DNA of 58,323 nt. Source: Bdellovibrionales bacterium. Lineage in GTDB: Bacteria; Bdellovibrionota_C; UBA2361; SZUA-149; JAGRAN01. A program made the position numbers and the translations under genes. Location: positions 1 to 58,323 of the forward strand of contig JAGRAN010000079.1 of the NCBI GenBank assembly GCA_020434585.1, written 5' to 3'. The notes under the pieces are model-generated. The model had not been told where the DNA came from and made no database searches. It saw only the letters and a program-made list of their open reading frames with translations. Shown piece by piece: positions 1 through 8,134 of this stretch; positions within the stretch are counted from its first letter, which is position 1, and every line of letters starts with the position of its first letter.

Positions 1-119
1 GGAACGACGCGCTGCAGCGAGTTGGAAGCGAACTGCCTGTAACCACCGGGGAAGCAGCCTCGCAGCATTTCGTTCACGTCCGACAGGAACCTGTGCGGCG
101 CCGAGTTGTCTTTGACCAT
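1..119 (-). CDS. N-terminal fragment of an unidentified protein; the ORF continues beyond the left edge (MVKDNSAPHRFLSDVNEMLRGCFPGGYRQFASNSLQRVV...)
   Basis: ATG at 119-117 with an in-frame TAG six codons upstream. Open to position 1, and absent from the ORF track because it is truncated. About 32 of 38 codons end in G/C by hand count, unlike neighbouring genes. Confidence 0.3.
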   Translation of the reverse strand, partial: MVKDNSAPHRFLSDVNEMLRGCFPGGYRQFASNSLQRVV

Positions 120-198
120 GGTTGTTGTGGGTATCTAGATCCTGGTGCCTTGGTAGCGGCGAGCATTTCTGCAAGCCGGCAGCAACCGTTTACTGCTT

Positions 199-242
199 CA
201 GCACCGCTCACCATCCCTTGATCGGTTTGGCGAGCGGTGCTG
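199..242. repeat. Perfect 11-bp inverted repeat CAGCACCGCTC / GAGCGGTGCTG with a 22-nt spacer
   Basis: Read directly: arms at 199-209 and 232-242, in the intergenic region between the edge ORF and 447..1184. Function unknown. Confidence 0.8.
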
Positions 243-290
243 AATTTGTAATTTCTACCTTAGCCGAAAATCAAAGAACGAATTAAGAAA

Positions 291-357
291 CTCCTGGCTG
301 CGTATTCGCGAATTCTTGGCGGTCGCATGGCTGCGTGTTAGAGGCCGCAGCCAGGAG
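291..357 (-). terminator. Stem-loop terminator candidate downstream of 447..1184
   Basis: Perfect 12-bp arms CTCCTGGCTGCG (291-302) and CGCAGCCAGGAG (346-357). On the minus strand the hairpin is followed by TTTCTTAATTCGTTCTTTGATTTT. A second copy of TGGCTGCGT inside the loop (328-336) allows an alternative 8-bp hairpin. Confidence 0.45.
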
Positions 358-446
358 TTGTTTGAGGAGCGAAAACAAAGCTTGGTTTGTGGTCGGTCTA
401 GGGTATGCAGTGGAGTAGCTTTGCTTTCGCGCACCTCGTGTGTTGG

Positions 447-1184
447 TTAGTTGTCGAGTAAATTGAGAATTTGGATAATATCCTCTTCTTCGGCCTCTTC
501 ACCGGCGTGCATCGTGGTTACGGGGAGAAGTGCCGTCGAATTCTTGTCTCCAATCGAGCCACAAGTAGCTTCTCCATAAACCCAGAAGCTGACTAGATAT
601 CCGGTAACGGTCGTCGGGTCTTGGCACCAAACCTCATAGGTTATATCTAAGCTAGCCTTAAAGGTTGCGCTGTTGTAATTTACATTTGAGACATTCAGGA
701 TCGAAATGCGTTCTAGTTGCTTACCCATGCTTCCGCAAGTTTCTTCGCCGTCTTTGCTCAGTTGACCTATGACTCTGCGCAGAGCGTCTGCCACAGCTTC
801 TTTTTGAGTCCATCCTCCTCCCTGGGCTGAAATTGTTTTCTCTTCGCTCGCTGGACTCGATAGCGTCGCCGGATCGGTATAACTTATAACGTCATGTGTA
901 GAGCTTTTGATTTCGTGAAAACACGCAGATTTACATTTGTCCCTTACACTCTTCAGCTTGCGATCTCGTTTTGCCATTTGCCCGACAAATGACGTCAACA
1001 AATCCAATGGCGTCCGCTCGCCATTTGCCTGCCATTCTTCGAGCGAAAACCGCTCGATGCTGGACCAGTCAAACTCCGCGTGCTGAGTCTCGCAGCTCTG
1101 CTCAGCAAGTGCTGCATTTGCTGAAACAGCGAGTAAAAGGCAGGCTGCTGCACATTGATATGCTAATGTTGTTAATTGTTTCAT
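447..1184 (-). CDS. Secreted Cys-containing protein of unknown function
   Basis: 245-aa ORF with a signal peptide (MKQLTTLAYQCAAACLLLAVSANAALA), several Cys and an acidic C-terminus. No family recognised. Confidence 0.6.
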   Translation of the reverse strand: MKQLTTLAYQCAAACLLLAVSANAALAEQSCETQHAEFDWSSIERFSLEEWQANGERTPLDLLTSFVGQMAKRDRKLKSVRDKCKSACFHEIKSSTHDVISYTDPATLSSPASEEKTISAQGGGWTQKEAVADALRRVIGQLSKDGEETCGSMGKQLERISILNVSNVNYNSATFKASLDITYEVWCQDPTTVTGYLVSFWVYGEATCGSIGDKNSTALLPVTTMHAGEEAEEEDIIQILNLLDN

Positions 1185-1499
1185 CTCACTCTCCTTCTAA
1201 AATTTAGCCAATTGAGAAGCTTGCCTGCCTGGACGTATCCCCACTGTAGACCAACTTCATTTGCTAAAGGTTATGTGCATCCTCGCAGAAAGCGTTGCAC
1301 GAAAACTAAGCCCTTTACCGAGCTAGTAATAGGCTACTAGCCATAATATGCTATAATAACAATATTTTATGTGCCCTGGTCCTATAATTAAACTGAGAAA
1401 AAATTTCATTTATGCTTAACATCGACCACGCGATGATGCATAATAGAAGCATGGGCGAAGCGATTTTTACACCCTTCGAGCTTCGGCAAGAGGCAAACA

Positions 1500-2318
1500 A
1501 TGAGAAGCAAACGTGCGCGAGCGCTTAAAACAATGCTTAGACCGATTGTGCGGTTCTGGATGCGCGACAGCGAAACGCTGCAGACATTTGTCGACGTGCT
1601 TAAGGTAGCGTTCGTAGAAATAGCAGTTGAGAACATGCTTAAGAGCGAGGAAAAGATTAACGTCAGCCGGATCAGCATGATGACGGGAGTGCATCGGAGA
1701 GACGCTGCAAAGATTTATAAGCAAGGCTCGGTGCCTGAGCGAGCGCTCCCCGATATCGTTTCAAGAGTAGTTACTACATGGCAGGAAGACCCCGAATTCT
1801 CCACCAATACCAAGAAGCCTAAGACGCTGTCGTTTACTGGTATGGATAGCGAATTTGCTCGTTTAGTTGAGCGTGTATCGAAGGGAGTTCAGCCCGGAAC
1901 AGTTCTCTACGAACTAGAACGCGCAGGAGCAGTAACAACATCAAGGTACGGTGCAAGACTGATAAAGTCCGAATTCCGCCGAAGCAAAGATCTCGAGCGC
2001 GCGGTCGTCATACTCAGTCGTGATATTCGCTCGTTAATTACCGCTGTTGAGGAGAATATCGGCTCCGACGAAAGCCCAAACATGCACGCACGAACCGAAT
2101 ACGACAAAATCTATACCTCCGAGCTGCCGAAGATTCGCGCCTGGCTTTGGAAAGAGGGCCGTAAATTTCACAAGCGAGCCCGGGCTTATCTGGCAAAGTT
2201 CGACGAAGATTTTTCGCCCCGAGAAGGAGGGCAGGCGACGGCAGTGGTCTCCCTAAGCACATTCGGACTAGTCGAAGAGCAGCCTCCGCTTCGCTGGTCG
2301 GTAGGGGAGGCAAAGTAA
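1500..2318 (+). CDS. Hypothetical protein with a helix-turn-helix-like segment (possible regulator)
   Basis: 272-aa ORF with an HTH-like stretch INVSRISMMTGVHRRDAAKIYKQG. It is divergent from 447..1184 across an AT-rich region with TATAAT-like boxes and a palindrome GCTAGTA-N6-TACTAGC (1322-1341). Confidence 0.5.
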   Translation: MRSKRARALKTMLRPIVRFWMRDSETLQTFVDVLKVAFVEIAVENMLKSEEKINVSRISMMTGVHRRDAAKIYKQGSVPERALPDIVSRVVTTWQEDPEFSTNTKKPKTLSFTGMDSEFARLVERVSKGVQPGTVLYELERAGAVTTSRYGARLIKSEFRRSKDLERAVVILSRDIRSLITAVEENIGSDESPNMHARTEYDKIYTSELPKIRAWLWKEGRKFHKRARAYLAKFDEDFSPREGGQATAVVSLSTFGLVEEQPPLRWSVGEAK

Positions 2319-2451
2319 GCTCATGATAAAGCGAATTGGATCTAATCTGTTTACATCTGAAGCAGCAATCTCGGCCAAATTGTCGACATTACGAAAGATT
2401 TGGAAGCAGTGTTGTGGTTCTACCGGATTGGTGAATAGGGAGAGGGGAGTA

Positions 2452-2793
2452 ATGAATAATCGGGGTGCAACCTCAATCGAATACAGTTTGATGTCGTGCA
2501 TGCTGCTCTATGTCGGCCTAAGCGTGCATGGATTCTTTAGCCTCTCTATTGAAGAGCCGTTGATTCTTGCCGCATCAGCAGCAACCTCAACTGGCGGGAC
2601 GCAAAATCAAGCAGGAGCTGCTCCGAACGGACAGCAAGCAGGCGCTCAATGGGGCGGGCAAACTGACGAAACTGACCCATACGAGGCTACTGCCCACCGC
2701 GGAAATCAAAACAACACCCCTGGCAAACAATCCGGCACCAATCCGCCAAGCGAGGGGGAAGACCCCGGGGATTCGCCTCCTACTTTTTACTAA
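2452..2793 (+). CDS. Flp/Fap-type prepilin-like protein with a long low-complexity tail
   Basis: Internal ATG at 2452 preceded by GGAGAGGGGAG. MNNRGATSIEYSLMSCMLLYVGLSV fits the Flp G-xTxIEY-x-L motif plus a hydrophobic helix, followed by about 80 aa rich in Gly/Gln/Asn/Pro. The track ORF starts at 2323. Confidence 0.5.
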   Translation: MNNRGATSIEYSLMSCMLLYVGLSVHGFFSLSIEEPLILAASAATSTGGTQNQAGAAPNGQQAGAQWGGQTDETDPYEATAHRGNQNNTPGKQSGTNPPSEGEDPGDSPPTFY

Positions 2794-3743
2794 TTAGGCT
2801 CTCCGCCTCGGATACCTACGGGAACATCATCGGTTAGTCCCCACTGTACGGTGCTGGATGTGGCGTATGAAGTAGACGAGTTCAGGATGTACCAATTGCC
2901 GTTGCTGGGACGCCAAACTGCGATGTCCGTTTTTCCGTCGCCGTCGAAATCAAGCGTGACTGGAATATCGCCATTTTCCCCCCAAAGCAGTGCCTGGGAA
3001 GTTAGGCCGCCGACTTTCGATTCGCGAATGCCCCACAGCGAATTGCCGCCGTCTATTTCGCGGTAGATCGCCATATCAACTACTGTGTCGCTGTCGTACA
3101 GTCCGGGAACCGGTATATCTCCTGCAAGGCCCCATGAAATTGTTCCTGATTGAAGATTGTCTTTCGAGGAAAGCAAAACCATCCAAGTACCATCGCTATA
3201 AACTGCAAAGTCGCACGTTCCATCTCCGTCGTAATCAAACGGAACAGGAATGTCACCGCTAGCTCCCCAGGCCCGGGTGTTAAATGTCAGGTATGTTGGA
3301 GACTCGCGGTAGTACCAAGTGCCTTCCGAGTCGCGGTAAATCGCTATTTCGTTTTTGCCGTCTCCGTCAAAGTCGCAGGGGACGGGAGTGTCTCCAGAAA
3401 ATCCGCCCCATTGATACGAAGACTCAGTCGCAAAAGTTAAGCCCGCGTTCCAGTGCTTGATGTACCACCAACCTGTCGAAGGGCGATAGACCGCAAGGTC
3501 CGGACCTGCCGCGCCGGTGTAGATCCCAGAAACTGGATAGTCGCCATCTAATCCCCACTGAACCTCGACCGAAGTTGAGTCCATGCTCTTGCGGATGTAC
3601 CAAATACCGAAACCTTGGCGATATACGGTCAGGTCGTCAGTCCCGTCTGCGTCAAAATCCGAGGTAAGCGTTGGACTTGCTGCGGCTAGGGCAGGCAGGG
3701 CAAGTGCCAGCAATAAAAGGGGCAAATACCTTCTAAGGGTCAT
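2790..3743 (-). CDS. Secreted FG-GAP/VCBS-like repeat (beta-propeller) protein
   Basis: Signal peptide LLLLALALPALAAA. About six repeats of D(F/Y)DGDGxxD(I/L/F)A(V/I)(Y/W)RxxxGxWY, each followed by QWG-x-GD-PV. Confidence 0.8.
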   Translation of the reverse strand: MTLRRYLPLLLLALALPALAAASPTLTSDFDADGTDDLTVYRQGFGIWYIRKSMDSTSVEVQWGLDGDYPVSGIYTGAAGPDLAVYRPSTGWWYIKHWNAGLTFATESSYQWGGFSGDTPVPCDFDGDGKNEIAIYRDSEGTWYYRESPTYLTFNTRAWGASGDIPVPFDYDGDGTCDFAVYSDGTWMVLLSSKDNLQSGTISWGLAGDIPVPGLYDSDTVVDMAIYREIDGGNSLWGIRESKVGGLTSQALLWGENGDIPVTLDFDGDGKTDIAVWRPSNGNWYILNSSTSYATSSTVQWGLTDDVPVGIRGGEPN

Positions 3744-4111
3744 GATTTCGGTCCTCTCTGGTCAAAGCATAGCCATCCTAGCGCCCCAGGCTTACTTATA
3801 GAAATAGAGAACTTACGAACGAATTTTGCCAGTAGTTTTATCGTTTGATACATCTAGCGGTCTTAAACGCGGCGTCCTGCGTTTGCTCTTCGCGACATTC
3901 TTATGTGGGTAGACCAACTAAGCACCTGACGTGCAGGCAGAAATCTGCGTGCGTGTCAGGGGAGCTGCTGAGTTCAAACAAGGTTTCACGAAAGGAGGTC
4001 ATAGCACACAGCAAAACTCTCCATAGCCCCTGACTGGTTTCCATCAAAGTCGGTTGAGGGTCCCTGCAGACGCCCTCAACTAGCTAAACCCGTCTGCGAC
4101 AGGAGCAGAGT

Positions 4112-5455
4112 ATGCTGCTGACACGAATCGAAGAAATGGTACCGGGAGCAGTCGATGCGCAACGTCGGCTCCTCGCGGACCACGGCAAGAAGGTCGCCGC
4201 AACGGTCACCGTCGAGCAGGTCCTCGGTGGACTTGCCGGCGCCAAGGTCCTCAAGTCCTTCATCCCGGGATCACCGCACTTCGTCGATCCCGAGGAGAGC
4301 CTCCACGTCGGCGGTGTCGGGATCTTCGACATCTGCCGAACGCACACGTTCGAGTGGCTGATCTGGAACCTCTACACCGGCACCCCGCCCACGGCGGAGC
4401 AGGAGGAGTGGGTCCGCGGTCGTCTCGAGCAGGCGCGCAAGAATCTGATGACCGGGCCGTTCTACAGCCGGGTCTCGGACTTCCTTCTCGCCAACGCACG
4501 GTTCCTCGATCCGATGAAGGCCATCGACGGGGCACTCGCGCTGCTGGCGGAGGACTCGCGCATGGCCCGCAAGGTCGCGACCGGCGACATCCGCGAGATC
4601 ACGTGGCAGGATCGCCTCGAGGATCAGCTCGACATCTTGGGCTTCCTCAGTGTGATCACGCCGCTCGTCTACCGCGCCAAGTACGGCGGGGCTCAGAGCA
4701 TGGACGAGTTCCGCACGGATCTGCGCTTCGCGCAGGCGTTCGTCTCTGGACTGGGCATCGCCGACGGCGATGAGCAGTCCGTGCAGATGGCGCGCGTCGT
4801 CGACCAGCTGATGGCGACGATGTGCTACCACGGGCCGGGCAACGTCTCGACCTTCGACGCGATCGTCGCTTCCAGCGGCGGCGCGAACCCGTTCGAAGTC
4901 TTCGGCGCCATGGTCGGCGGCCTTCGCGGCTTCAACCACGGCGGCGCAGCGGAGCAGGGGGTTCGTTTCCTGTTCAGCCTGCGTGACGACGAGCGCTACG
5001 GTGTCGAGGCCTCGCTCGAAGCTCTCGAGCAGCTCGCGGCACTGCGTATCCTCGATCACAAGCTGCCGATCTGGTGCGTCGGTCACCGGGTAATCCGCGG
5101 CAAGAAGGGGGATCAGCGCGCCAACGCCACGATCGCCACGCTGCGGGAGATGTTCCCCGACGACGCGTTCTTCGCGCTGGCTCTGCGCTGGTACGAAGGT
5201 GCCAAGAAGATGGTCGACCAGCACACCGGCTCGAAGTTCCCCGACGTCAACGTCGACGGGTACACCGGTCTGCTGGCGCACCTCTGCGGCATCATCGCCG
5301 AGCCGCGCATGGCTCCCTACGCCGGGGCGTTCTTCGCAACGTCGCGTGCCTCGGGAGTCTTCGCCGAAACGTTCTGGCAGGCTGTCGGTCCGCTGCGCCT
5401 GCTCCGTCCGAGTGCGCACACGGAACAGTCGATCGAACTGCTTCCGGCGGCATGA
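4112..5455 (+). CDS. Citrate synthase family protein (high-GC, compositionally foreign)
   Basis: 447 aa with AGGAG 6 nt upstream of the ATG. Motifs: TVEQVLGGLAGAKVL...VDPEESLHVGG (mitochondrial-type N-terminal pattern), GGLRGFNHGGAAEQ (His of the GPLHGGA motif), VGHRVIRGKKGDQRA (GHRVY-DPR motif), PDVNVDGYTG (catalytic Asp), ATSRASG. About 80% G/C-ending codons in the first 106 codons by hand count. Confidence 0.85.
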   Translation: MLLTRIEEMVPGAVDAQRRLLADHGKKVAATVTVEQVLGGLAGAKVLKSFIPGSPHFVDPEESLHVGGVGIFDICRTHTFEWLIWNLYTGTPPTAEQEEWVRGRLEQARKNLMTGPFYSRVSDFLLANARFLDPMKAIDGALALLAEDSRMARKVATGDIREITWQDRLEDQLDILGFLSVITPLVYRAKYGGAQSMDEFRTDLRFAQAFVSGLGIADGDEQSVQMARVVDQLMATMCYHGPGNVSTFDAIVASSGGANPFEVFGAMVGGLRGFNHGGAAEQGVRFLFSLRDDERYGVEASLEALEQLAALRILDHKLPIWCVGHRVIRGKKGDQRANATIATLREMFPDDAFFALALRWYEGAKKMVDQHTGSKFPDVNVDGYTGLLAHLCGIIAEPRMAPYAGAFFATSRASGVFAETFWQAVGPLRLLRPSAHTEQSIELLPAA

Positions 5456-5591
5456 AGTCACTTCGGTGGAAGTTCGTCAGAGTCCGGTCTCCCTGCTGCA
5501 TCGCAACTGCGGTGCAGCGGGTGACCGGGCCGGTTGGTTCTGAGGTGCAGCAGCTTCCCAGACCCAAATCAGTAGATTAGCGTTCCCTTTT

Positions 5592-6215
5592 CTAAGGATT
5601 AAACAGGATCTGTGTCGGCTCAGGCAATGAACCGATGGGGGAGGCCATGGGAGATGCCATTGGATTAATTGGAGCGGCCGATTTAAACAGCCAGCCTTCG
5701 CCGGATGGAACTAGTACGATTTCCGCACTGCTAGTCTGACCTTCATATTCCTTTTTGAAGCTAATAACCTTGTTTTCACCGTCAGCACGGACAGAGGAAA
5801 TCGTATATACGGTCCTTCCAATTCGCCTCTCCATTTCCGTCTGTTGCCGGTCCAGCTCTTGCCTTACGGTTCCGAGCGTCTCAATTGATTGACCGCCTGT
5901 TTTAACATTGTCCTTCTTTGCAAGCTTGGCGAAGCTGTCTAGGCGATCCTGACCGTTTACTTTGGCCTTATTGCGGTAATACTCTCGCATGGCGTCGCCG
6001 CTGCGAAATCCTAAGCCGCGTTTTTCCTCCGGTGACAGAGAATCGTAGTAAAGCGACCAATCGACAAAATCTACCAGCGGTTCAATGCTGCCCGCAGATT
6101 TCATCTTCTCAACCGCGAACTTAAAAGTATTCTCAGGAGCTTCAGCAAAAGACCTTCCCGGAAAGAGCGCAATCATCATCGCTCCCGTCAGCAAAAGTTT
6201 ATTAATCATTTGCAT
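5592..6215 (-). CDS. Secreted/periplasmic protein of unknown function, last gene of minor-pilin operon A
   Basis: 207 aa with signal peptide MQMINKLLLTGAMMIALFPGRSFA. Starts 11 nt after the stop of the PilX-like gene on the same strand. Confidence 0.6.
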   Translation of the reverse strand: MQMINKLLLTGAMMIALFPGRSFAEAPENTFKFAVEKMKSAGSIEPLVDFVDWSLYYDSLSPEEKRGLGFRSGDAMREYYRNKAKVNGQDRLDSFAKLAKKDNVKTGGQSIETLGTVRQELDRQQTEMERRIGRTVYTISSVRADGENKVISFKKEYEGQTSSAEIVLVPSGEGWLFKSAAPINPMASPMASPIGSLPEPTQILFNP

Positions 6216-6226
6216 TCCTGCTAGTT

Positions 6227-8131
6227 CTACAGTTCGTAATCTCTCACAAACAGCTCCTGCTTAATGTAGACAAACGCAGGTGTCATCGGAGGAAGCTGAT
6301 CTGCATCATTGAACCGAGTATCGTAAGACCAAACTCGATTTGGTGCACTATAATAGGTAAACGGGCCCCAAGTAGACTGAGACTTGCGAGGTGCTCCCAG
6401 ACTAACCATTGAACCGACGTAAGTGAAATCAGGTATCGACGACGATCCGACTCTAAACCATTCATTGAATCTAAACACGTTAATTGCACCGCCGCCGTTC
6501 GAATCGGCTCCGTGATCTTCTCCGGCAGCTCCGTTGGCTCCGCCGGTTCTAGCAATACCGCTCACCACCGCAACTTGCACAGTCGTCGCCGAGCCGTCAC
6601 GATCGTACCTATCAGTAATATAAGAATCGGCATCAACCCAATCGTTTGACAGCAGCCAAACAGTGTCCGCCATGATAGCGGCAGGGATCCAGTTACTGCT
6701 GTTGTAATTGCCCCAGACCACCACTCCCTGATCTGAAATAACCGTAAGGCCCTTAGGAACAAGTGCTCCGCCGTCCGTTGCTTGAAGTCGGTAGCCGTTT
6801 CTTAGGCGAACAGAGTAGTTGTTCTGACTCCAGCTCGAACGCGGACCGGAGATCGCCATATGAAATACAAGTCCCTGTTCGGTTTCGTCATCCAGCTGCT
6901 TTCCGCCCATGATCGTGGGGTTGCGGTGGATGCAGTTAAGCAGGGCACGCATATCGACCTCAAGAGTCCGTTGAAAGTTGTTAACACTCGAATTGTACTG
7001 ATATTCACGATAAAGCCGCAGTTGGTCGCCAGTCGTGCCGGGACCTTGAGTCCCTACCGACAAAGACGGGCCTCCTCCCGTTGAGATTAGCCCAGGGCAA
7101 GAAGCAGAATTGTGCAGAGCATTGGTTGCAGCAGCGATGTTATTGCCTGCTGTGTCAACAACCTCTACCCCAGTCGAAGAATTTGTAGTATCGGGATTGC
7201 CGCTCGCGTTCAGCCGAAGAACCAAACGCATATCCGCTCTCAACCAGTATTCACCGTCCGAAAACGAATCCATATCTTCAGGTGCCGGGACGGCGACCTC
7301 GTCAACATTAAGCATGATGTTGTCATTCCAATCTTCGACATCGTCAATGTGCACTCTACTGCTGGAGCAAGCCGGGAGGTTAACGTAGCTAACCGGATCC
7401 AAAACACGTGATGTACCAGTATATCCAGAGCAGCTCGATTGGGATTTCATCCCACGGTACATATCGCCAACCACTGTTACTTGTCCGACATAATTGGTTT
7501 GGCCGCCGTCCTGAGTGGCTGCGTACAAGTTGCCATTCGTGTGAACATGGCCGTCCACTGTCATGACCGCGCCGTTAAAGAACTCAAGATCTTCATGAAA
7601 GAAAATTGCAAATTGGAAGAGCGGCACAACGCGGCTTTTAAAGGTCAACGCCAGTACGGCTTCGTTGCTCTGCTGCTGGTTCCTCCCTACGGATGTCACC
7701 GTATAGCGATACTCCTGTGTGCTGAGACCTGAAAAAGGTTCACCGGGTGGAATAGTTGTAAAGTATGGATTGCCTGGCTCTTCTTGCACGTAAGTTACGG
7801 CCGAGTGTGAATTGTCAAAGCCGTAGGTTTGGCACTGAAAGTCACCTTCGCCTGTATCCCCCTCGTCGCAGCCTTCGATTCCATCCGGAGAACTTCCGCT
7901 AGGACGGTCGTAATCAAGAAAAATTGCACGTATGTCTTCTGCTCGCAGGTTTAATCCGGCTTCTGCAGCATTAAAGCCGCTAGCGCTATCTCTAGATGCT
8001 TTAACTTGAGCGATCTCTGTTCGGGTCAGCGTCATATAAGCGCCAATCAAGCTCATACTAACTACTATCAGGAGCATTACGCTGAAGAGGGCGATGCCCG
8101 AGCTGCTGTTTGTTAGACTTCGGTTTCTCAT
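6227..8131 (-). CDS. Giant PilX/GspK-like minor pilin (PilX N-terminal-type anchor plus ~570-aa extracellular region), copy A
   Basis: 634 aa. N-terminus SSGIALFSVMLLIVVSMSLIGAYMTL is a hydrophobic helix without Glu5, as in PilX/GspK. Fourth gene of a FimU-V-W-X-like operon and collinear with paralogue 14772..16580. Confidence 0.75.
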   Translation of the reverse strand: MRNRSLTNSSSGIALFSVMLLIVVSMSLIGAYMTLTRTEIAQVKASRDSASGFNAAEAGLNLRAEDIRAIFLDYDRPSGSSPDGIEGCDEGDTGEGDFQCQTYGFDNSHSAVTYVQEEPGNPYFTTIPPGEPFSGLSTQEYRYTVTSVGRNQQQSNEAVLALTFKSRVVPLFQFAIFFHEDLEFFNGAVMTVDGHVHTNGNLYAATQDGGQTNYVGQVTVVGDMYRGMKSQSSCSGYTGTSRVLDPVSYVNLPACSSSRVHIDDVEDWNDNIMLNVDEVAVPAPEDMDSFSDGEYWLRADMRLVLRLNASGNPDTTNSSTGVEVVDTAGNNIAAATNALHNSASCPGLISTGGGPSLSVGTQGPGTTGDQLRLYREYQYNSSVNNFQRTLEVDMRALLNCIHRNPTIMGGKQLDDETEQGLVFHMAISGPRSSWSQNNYSVRLRNGYRLQATDGGALVPKGLTVISDQGVVVWGNYNSSNWIPAAIMADTVWLLSNDWVDADSYITDRYDRDGSATTVQVAVVSGIARTGGANGAAGEDHGADSNGGGAINVFRFNEWFRVGSSSIPDFTYVGSMVSLGAPRKSQSTWGPFTYYSAPNRVWSYDTRFNDADQLPPMTPAFVYIKQELFVRDYEL

Positions 8132-8134
8132 GAC

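Noticed and set aside
1406-1724. Two overlapping minus-strand small ORFs (90 and 85 aa) across the start of 1500..2318.
   Set aside because: They overlap each other and the better-supported plus-strand ORF, and have hydrophobic or low-complexity products without a signal or RBS.
2323-2451. N-terminal 43 codons of the track ORF 2323..2793.
   Set aside because: The Flp-like motif needs a short leader, and the internal ATG at 2452 has a strong purine-rich RBS. The upstream extension starts 2 nt after the previous gene's stop codon and has no features.
4260-5580. Long ORFs on other frames or the opposite strand of the citrate-synthase-like gene (4271..5461 minus, 396 aa; also 4260..4535, 4354..4773, 5074..5580, 5199..5543).
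   Set aside because: These are Arg/Ala/Pro/Gly-rich translations typical of stop-poor shadow frames in high-GC DNA. They fully overlap a gene with clear family motifs and show no motifs of their own.
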